A stretch of 39,265 bases of DNA from Octopus bimaculoides (Eukaryota), in the NCBI RefSeq assembly GCF_001194135.2, contig NC_068998.1:23125041-23164305 (forward strand), written 5' to 3'. The notes under the pieces were generated by a model. That model was not told where the DNA came from and did no database searches. It saw only the letters and a program-made list of their open reading frames with translations. Position numbers and translations under genes: made by a program. The first letter of the stretch is position 1. Every line of letters starts with the position of its first letter. Shown one piece after another: positions 31,396 to 39,265 of the stretch.

Positions 31396-34300
31396 TACGC
31401 GTGAATGAGGAGAGTATCGCTATGTCTACAACCTTACGTTTGCTTTTACACATTATATAATATATGTAGTGAGTAAAATCTAAAAGATATGTGCGTTTCT
31501 GTACGTGTATAATACAAACATCTCTATCAACAACAGATTTACATTGTCTTTATATATCATTTAACTCTCATACGTTTTGTGTGGATGGCTGTAGAAGTAT
31601 GATACGGGAACATGTTGTTGCTTCGGTAGTGTACACGATTTATGAATATTCAATACCGTTATAAATGCCCTTGTTACTTTGCATCTCAGATACTTACATA
31701 AGTTTGAATAGTCAATATTTTTCATAAGAATTCTAATATATATTTCTCGGCAACGAATATACGAGTAGATATTCAGCGTAGTGTCCACTACAGAAGAACT
31801 CATTAGTATGTTCTGTCATCCTGATGAGATTCACATTATTTAAGGGGACTTACTTTTGCATTTCAATTTGTTATTCATCACGTTGCAATAGAAACCAAAG
31901 ATAGTCTATTCGTAATTTCATTATTTACACGGTCATTTTATGGAGGATTTAAAATGGATTTCTCAGAGTATATCATTGATCAAAAGTATTAAAACCCCTC
32001 ACTTGCGTGAGCGTAGTATTTACTTATACTGTTATCCTTTCACAGTTTCTTCGATGTGTTCTAAACGTATAGAAGACGATTGGTCGTCTAGATATTTTAA
32101 TTGCATATTTACTTGATGCGATGTTGAGTTAGAATCCTTTTAAATTGGAATGGTGATAGCAGGTATGGCGTTACGAAATATTTTTCATGAAATCAATCTA
32201 AACTCTATTATTATGCCACCTGCTTGTCTCAATTTTCTAGAAAACCTACATACATGGACACATACACATGCATATCTAGAAATGCGGATCGTTGAGCTTT
32301 ACACACGTAAAGATAAATTATTTTGCAGCCAGAATGCTTCTTGGTGTTCTCGTTTCAATGTGGAAATGAATCATCTTATGCCAGCCTGTTTTTAATGTTA
32401 AAGTTGAAGTCTTACAACACGCTCCTCTAATTCTCGCCACTTCCTTATCGCCATCGGCTCTATGGAGAAAGTGAGAATAGTTGGTGTTGGACACCAGCTT
32501 TGGTCAACAACATATACTGGCATGGTTATTATAGGACCAATTACATGCTGTTTCTTGAAACATGTACTGGTCTGTTGCAAGAATTGTCATCCATTCAATA
32601 CTTAACAGAACGAAGAATGTGTATGATGTTAGCATTCGCTAAGATGAGAAGCTAAAGAGCTGAAGAGCCTCAAATTCTCTGGCTCCGTACGGGTAACTGT
32701 AAGCGAACTTCCATTGGAGACCATTCCGTGATATTCTAATTACCTGGGTCTACGTGAATACCAGATAATCAGTGTAACACTAAGAACAATAGTGAGAACG
32801 GACCTACACACTTTAAAACCGTAAAAGTTATGAACAGGGTCCTCACTACATGCAGTGACATATATAAATGCAATTAGTTCATTCTAAAATCTAGTAGTAT
32901 TTTCTAAAGTCTATAAATCACTAATGATATATACATCTAACTGAAGAGAGAACACCATTCTCATACGAGGTATTTACCCCAAATCAGAGAAAATGTATTT
33001 TCAATTATTCTGTGCAGAACAATGTGAAATGATATTGCATGTTCAAATACATAGCCGTACATTGGAACTATAAACTGATGCTTTAAAATGCAGATCATGA
33101 TTCCAGTATCATACCCACAAGGCTACACACATCTTACATGCGCAAGCAAGCACATTCACATGGATAGGCACGCACATACATAGATATACATAAATACAAT
33201 GTTACATAGATAGATAGATAGATTAATAAACAGAGAGTGAGATACTCCTCTGGGAATTTATATTATTTTTTAATCAAATATTCAATATACACTTCAAATA
33301 CTTCAACACTTCATAAACCTGCACTTCGTTCCATAGCTATGTATTGATTATATCGCAAGAAATAACTGAAACGAATCTCGAAACCCTAAGTATACAAATT
33401 TCGGAAAATAAGAATATAAAAATATTACTAAATTTACATATTCCTGCGTTCTGTATGATAATATTTATTTATTTACATTTTTTTTTCTTCAGCATGCATA
33501 CTTTTTCTGCTTGGAAATTTAATTTTTCTGTGAAGTAAAAGCAAAGGCTAGAAATAAGAGAAAAAGGCAGAGAGAATATAAATCATTCGCATTTTTATAG
33601 AAATGACACTTTTTTTCTTGGAGGGTGGAGGTGGACTTTACATAAGGGAAATATATGAAAAGAGCTGTGTAAGCAATTTTGCTACAGGAAGCCATAGACA
33701 TGAAAACAAAATAGCATTATATACATGTTTAATTTTTCTTTATATTTTTGCATGAGGGAGTAGAAAACACGGGTTTGAAAATTATTAAATCTTTGTACAT
33801 TTTGTTATGAATAAGCTTCGAGTCTATATCCATATTTTGGTAATGTAGTGAGTCCTATTTTCTTATATGCATAAAGTATAAGCTCGTAGAATCTGTCGGT
33901 ATGCCTTTACAATAAAATAAATTGCAAATCTCGAATATAAATGTTGCTAGTAGTTCGTAATCACACGAAGCCGAAAAAGGGCTCTGATCTCTCAACTCAA
34001 TATATTATCTAATCACGAATATAATAGTAACTCTTTTGATAAATACTAAATCTTAAATATGATGCCTTATCCTGAAACCAAGCTCTAGAATTAGTTTATT
34101 TTAAAAGAAACCTAAAACCACGTGTTAAGATATTTAATAAAATACTTCGTAATAAGTAGCCGCTTAATATATTTTTGTAGAATGTTCTCTTATAACAAGG
34201 AAAAATATTTGACGTACAAAGTTCACACATATTCTGATTAAATCTCATATTCCCCATTTCCTCCTAAAAATAATCCTTAATCTAAAGTTAATTGACTACA

Positions 34301-34929
34301 GAAACCAATCAAGTATTTTATCTCTCAAACTTGACTATATTATAACTGACAATTCTTAAACCTAACGCTGAAATCTAATTTTATAATTCAAGTATTCAAA
34401 ATCACCTTCCAACTGATTCGCAACAATGTAATTGGTATGATACTTTATGATGGAGAAAAACTGGAAATTTTGATATCTATATTATGTCAGTAGCAGAGCG
34501 TATGTGTGTGCTGAAGTGTGCATAGATGCATGGGGGGACCGTAAACGTCCAAGAATATATTTCACGTCCATCCTTCTATCATAATTTCCACACATTATCT
34601 CTCGTTCATTCATCCCTTTTTCCAAGCAATTAGCACGATCAACCTTGCCATAGGTTTTCACATCTACGTAGTGCAGGTTTACAATACACATGGTAATTTT
34701 ACTCATAACCGAGGTAGTTACGCCAAGTAGGTTTCTAAATCCTAAAGCCTAAAAATTAAAATATTTCACCGCTTCTCCGATCTCTGTCACTGTCTATCTG
34801 TTTCTCTGCATGCCTGCCTGTTTTTTTGCATGTCTATCTGTCTGTTTCTCTCTCTCTCTCTCTCTCTCTGTCTCTTACTCTCTCTCTCTCTCTCTTACTC
34901 TCTCTCCCTTTCTTTCTTTCTATCTGTAT

Positions 34930-35270
34930 ACTACTATACTTCTTACGATCTGTTCCAGCTACTTCCGTTCTTCTACTGTTATTATGCTTTTTCTGTCTGA
35001 CGAGTTTTCTTTGTATTTCATTCTTGGCCTTTTCTCCTATTACGTGCTTCATGACCTGTTCTTTCTTAAAATCCTTTCTGTACTGTTCTGTAAATATTCT
35101 ACTAGACATTTTCTTTCCATCTGGACGCATTCTACTGCTGTTAAGTCTCTTTATTCCTGGTCTCTCCTCAAGCACAGCCGGTTGATGTGTTGATATGAGC
35201 TTTCTGATGGTGGGCTCCATACATCGTTTCTATTCCATTCTTTAATTCCAACTCCATGTGTGATTAAAGA
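34930..35270 (-). mobile_element. R4/Dong-like fragment F (post-RT region)
   Basis: MYGAHHQKAHIN/NRLCLRRDQE*RDLTAVECVQMERKCLVEYLQNSTERIL (consensus HHPKADVDRLYL.R..GGRGL..VE). Confidence 0.75.
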
Positions 35271-35351
35271 TACTGATCTTGAATTTATTGATTCAATAAG
35301 ATTTTTGAAGTTATTATTATTATTGTTGTTTTTGTATATTATTAATTTCAT

Positions 35352-35423
<72 letters not shown>
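35352..35423. repeat. (TAC)n-(CTG)n microsatellite
   Basis: Directly visible. Confidence 0.95.
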
Positions 35424-36016
35424 AGTCGGTGTAAACTCTGCGTCCCGGGGGCGGCCTTCGGCAATCCTTTACATGTAGATCTGAAATAAAACATACACGG
35501 GGAGCCAATCCTGTAGAAAAATCATTCTTATTCTTTGCATTGATGACACTCATTTCAAAACCAAATAATTGTATGAACAAGAAGACCGGCCACCCCACCC
35601 CAGATATCCAAGACACCAGATCTCCCACGCCCGGTTGGGGGCCTCTGAGTGAGCAGTGGAGTGGAAGACCAGGCTCCACCAAGTCATAGTCCTTTTACTG
35701 GTCAAACCATGGAACGTTCTCGCGAACACAAGTGGTCTGTTGATATAAACAAAAAGGCAATAAAGTGCCATGAACAAGACTTGCTAGACAAGAACAATAG
35801 CAAAGGTAAAGCTGTCGGTAAAAGATCCTTAGAACTTTCGAACCAGCTAAGTATGTTCCAGTTTATTGAAAATAGGTTCATGAAAAATCTGGAAACTTAA
35901 GAAATACACTACAATCTAGGTTTATTGCAAAAATTGGCATAACTTGGAACTGCTAGCATATTGCGTAAAGTGGTTTTTCACTGAGCTCCTTGTGACTTGA
36001 CAGGCAGTGCAAAACC
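35424..36016 (+). mobile_element. R4/Dong-like element G: putative 5'UTR and N-terminus fused to the extreme C-terminus
   Basis: Starts right after the microsatellite. REHKWSVDINKKAIKCH resembles the N-terminal R.KW...N...M.CY motif; ends LLQKLA*LGTASILRKVV followed by UTR-like tgtgacttgacagg. Confidence 0.6.
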
Positions 36017-36765
36017 CCCGCCCACTAATGCGCCCACTATGATAGGAATAGTTTCTGTTTTTAGACTCAACTTTCGAGTTACCTCTATTCCCAGGTCTTT
36101 TAAAAGTTTCTCTATTTCTTTTAGAGAAACGTTGTCATCTCTTGATATTCATACATCAGCTAGGAAGCATTTTTTCGTCATGATCTCTGACAACTATATC
36201 TGGCCTATTGGCCTTAATTTCTCTGTCAGTATGTATTGGCTTATCCTATAATATGGTTGCTTTCTCATTTTCTGTGACCTGTTTTGGCTTGTGCTTATAC
36301 CGTGTTTTGTTATTGTTATTCCAGAATGTTGGCAAAGCTTCCAATGTATATAGGTCCCAACACTGTCGTGACACTGAATATTTTCCTTCTAAGCCAGGAC
36401 TGGGCAGCCAGAGACAATATGATTTATTGTTTCTTGTCCATCTCGACATATTCTGAAGTTACTTGTTATGTTTTTTTCCATTATATGCGTATGATAATTT
36501 ATGTTGCGGAGGCTTTGGTCTTGTGTTACAATTAATAATCCTTCAGTCTCAGTCATTGCTGGGATTTTTGCTTTGTCTATTTCTTGTGCGTTTAGTTTAC
36601 CGCAGCATATGTCATGAACGGACTTTCCTTTCTATCGTGTTATCATGGGTCGTTGCTGTTCTAGATTTAGTTTGGATTTCATTTGTTTTACAGTTTTTGT
36701 TGTTTTTTCATCTTTATTGTTGCTTGGTAGTATCACTTCTTGTGTGTATTTGTCAGCTTACTCTT

Positions 36766-37452
36766 TTACTCTTTTCTTTGTTTTAGTCATCTGACTGTCG
36801 CCCTGCTGTATCAGAAATAGTTCCGTTTAGGAAAGAGACTCGTACGAATTCCTGCGGTATAACCATCCACCCTGGAGTTATTGTTAAAATATAGATATGC
36901 AGGGCAGGGAATCATCAATTAGTAATAAAATTAATAATTAACAATTCTGCCGGGTAGCTCAGTATGAAAAAAACCTTCTTCGGTAAATAATTTATAATCA
37001 TAAATATATAGGGATTGACAGTAACCTGCTTCTCCAACATACTGAGAATTCAGAAATAGCAGTCAAAGAACTACTGATTTCAAAACTACAAATTATTACT
37101 CCAGATTGATAGCGATATTTTTGATACACACNNNNNNNNNNNNNNNNNNNNNNNNNNNNNNNNNNNNNNNNNNNNNNNNNNNNNNNNNNNNNNNNNNNNN
37201 NNNNNNNNNNNNNNNNNNNNNNNNNNNNNNNNNNNNNNNNNNNNNNNNNNNNNNNNNNNNNNNNNNNNNNNNNNNNNNNNNNNNNNNNNNNNNNNNNNNN
37301 NNNNNNNNNNNNNNNNNNNNNNNNNNNNNNNNNNNNNNNNNNNNNNNNNNNNNNNNNNNAACCTGACCAAGGTGCCACGCAGTGGGAATGAACCCGAAAC
37401 CATGTGGTTGGTAAGCAAGCTACTTACCCCACAGCCACTCCTACGCCTATAG
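36766..37452 (-). mobile_element. SINE family 1 inserted in fragment H, with an internal insert and a gap
   Basis: Head taggcgtaggagtggctgtgg...cccactgcgtggcacc (37452 to 37370, minus); tail cagtcagatgactaaaacaaagaaaagagtaaaagagt (about 36800 to 36766); aagct at both junctions. Confidence 0.8.
36890..37131. mobile_element. Unclassified repeat fragment nested inside the SINE
   Basis: Interrupts SINE homology; no similarity to the other SINE copies in the window. Confidence 0.45.
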
Positions 37453-38147
37453 CTTCCTTAAAGACTGAAAACAGGTTTAGTCTTGTTCTCGTTTTGTGGC
37501 TATTTGTATTAGTGTTCCTTGCTTCTGAAGTAGGTATTTTTGAACTCCTATGGAGCTTACTATGTAATAGTTTTATAGCTGTATAAAGCCTCTACCAACT
37601 TCTATTCATTGTATATATAACCTTTCTGCGTCAGATTTTGGGTGGTGCATCCTAAATCCTCTCATTATTTTTCTTGTTTTCCTGTCTATTTTGGTTAGTT
37701 CATATAGTGTTCAGTTCAGAATATTGTAGCTCTAACTTATAACTGGTACGGCTAGAGTGTTGATGCCTATTATCTTGTTTTTCGCATTGATCTCTGTTTT
37801 CAGTATTAATCTAAATCGTCTAGAGCATTCTTTTTTATTTTCTCTTTCATTTGTGTCTGATGTATCGTATCTAGTTCATTGATTTCTAAATATTTGTATT
37901 CTGTCTTTGGTCTAATTTTCTTATGTCATTTGCTTTATCTAGTGTGATGTTGCAACTCTTAACTAGTTTTCCTATTTTCAAGGTTGCTTTGACACATTTT
38001 TCGAAGCCAAATTTCATATTTATTTCTTTGGTAAATCCACATACTGTTTGTGTGTAATGTTTGCAGCTGTCTATCATTTGTAACGTACAGTTTTAGGTCA
38101 TTCATATATAAGAGGTGGCTTACTGTTTTGCCGTAACACTATTGTTA

Positions 38148-38323
<176 letters not shown>

Positions 38324-38994
38324 ATTTCTTCGTTGAAATCTTAGTAATTTGCAATCAGTCTATTGTATTAAACTCAATATTCCTGTAAATAAAGTGAAAA
38401 GTTGTCATAATGATTGCAACTAATTACCAGGAGTTATTTTTATCATAGTTCCTTGTGTAATTAAGAAGCAAATGCTGGGAGGAATAGCAATTTTTTGTTA
38501 TGCTACATTAGCATTACTTGAATAATTATTTGGTAATATATAAAGTCTATTGAATCTGAATTGCGAGATCTTAACAATCTCTACAATATTGTCAGAATAT
38601 TATAATGTAAAGCCTTAAAAATAATGCTCTGTGAAACGAAATCCTGTTTGCAAAAATTTAGTCGGTTTTCCTCCATTAGAATTATTATAAACAAATTTCC
38701 CTTGAATAGGATGAAAAAACGAGAATCGATTAAGTATTATTGCAATAAGAGAATAATTGTTAGACACCAGAATATCATCTAGTATTTTTTTATTCATACA
38801 TGTTAAATAATACATCAAAACTACAGCATTATTACATACCTTTTCGCTTTTACTTTTAGATATATTGATATATAGGCGTCTTCGCATGCATTCTTTTTAG
38901 TGCATACAACATTTACAAGAAAGTAATATCATCCTAATATTTCATAAAATCATAAAACTTGTAGATTACTGTGGCACAAATATATTAATTGTGT

Positions 38995-39043
38995 ATATAT
39001 ATATATGTATATATAAATATTTATGAGTACACACACACACAGT

Positions 39044-39115
<72 letters not shown>
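38995..39115. repeat. (TA)n/(CA)n compound microsatellite
   Basis: Directly visible. Confidence 0.95.
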
Positions 39116-39116
<1 letters not shown>

Positions 39117-39265
39117 GAGGCCCAAATATTCTCACGATTCACTGGTCCCACTCCCCGAATTATACGTTATTATGATGACTGTACCGGTGCGACCTCACTC
39201 TCCCGCGAACAACTAGAGTCCTTCCACTCATTTGTCTAATCCTTCTATCCTGCCCTCGAATTCTT

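Larger units (their letters stand above)
36017..38090 (-). mobile_element. R4/Dong-like fragment H (RT C-half, knuckle, REL) split by a nested insertion
   Basis: FTKEINMKFGFEKCVKATLKIGK; RMHHPKSDAERLY; ...FKEA|DKY across the SINE; KATIL*DKPIHTDREIKANRPDIVVRDH; LKTETIPIIVGALV. Confidence 0.9.

Noticed and set aside
32390-32820. Slightly GC-richer island with a 60-aa minus-strand ORF
   Set aside because: No recognisable motif, splice signals or element ends.

Overview
AT-rich eukaryotic, repeat-dominated, apparently intronic or intergenic DNA with six N-gaps and many di-, tri- and tetranucleotide microsatellites. From recall only (no search was run), the high-copy repeat families look like those of coleoid cephalopods (Octopus). 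I found no intact protein-coding gene, rRNA, tRNA or CRISPR array, and nearly all ORF-track entries are microsatellite, gap or antisense-TE artefacts. The window holds at least 8 decayed fragments of R4/Dong-like (restriction-like endonuclease, REL) non-LTR retrotransposons, a decayed Ty3/Gypsy gag-pol with PBS and LTR stub, a CR1-like LINE, an RTE 3' end, a truncated mariner, a mariner-derived MITE, two tRNA-type SINE families (about 10 copies) and two tandem copies of a (TAA)n-abutting element. Three weak candidate + strand exons are noted. The best leads are possible short internally deleted R4/Dong derivatives with structured ends next to microsatellites, a pseudoknot-capable hairpin in the (TAA)n-abutting element, a SINE dimer with a triplicated target site, a perfect 22-bp hairpin, and a fold-back junction at the mariner break. 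I cannot demonstrate a novel biological system from this sequence alone.
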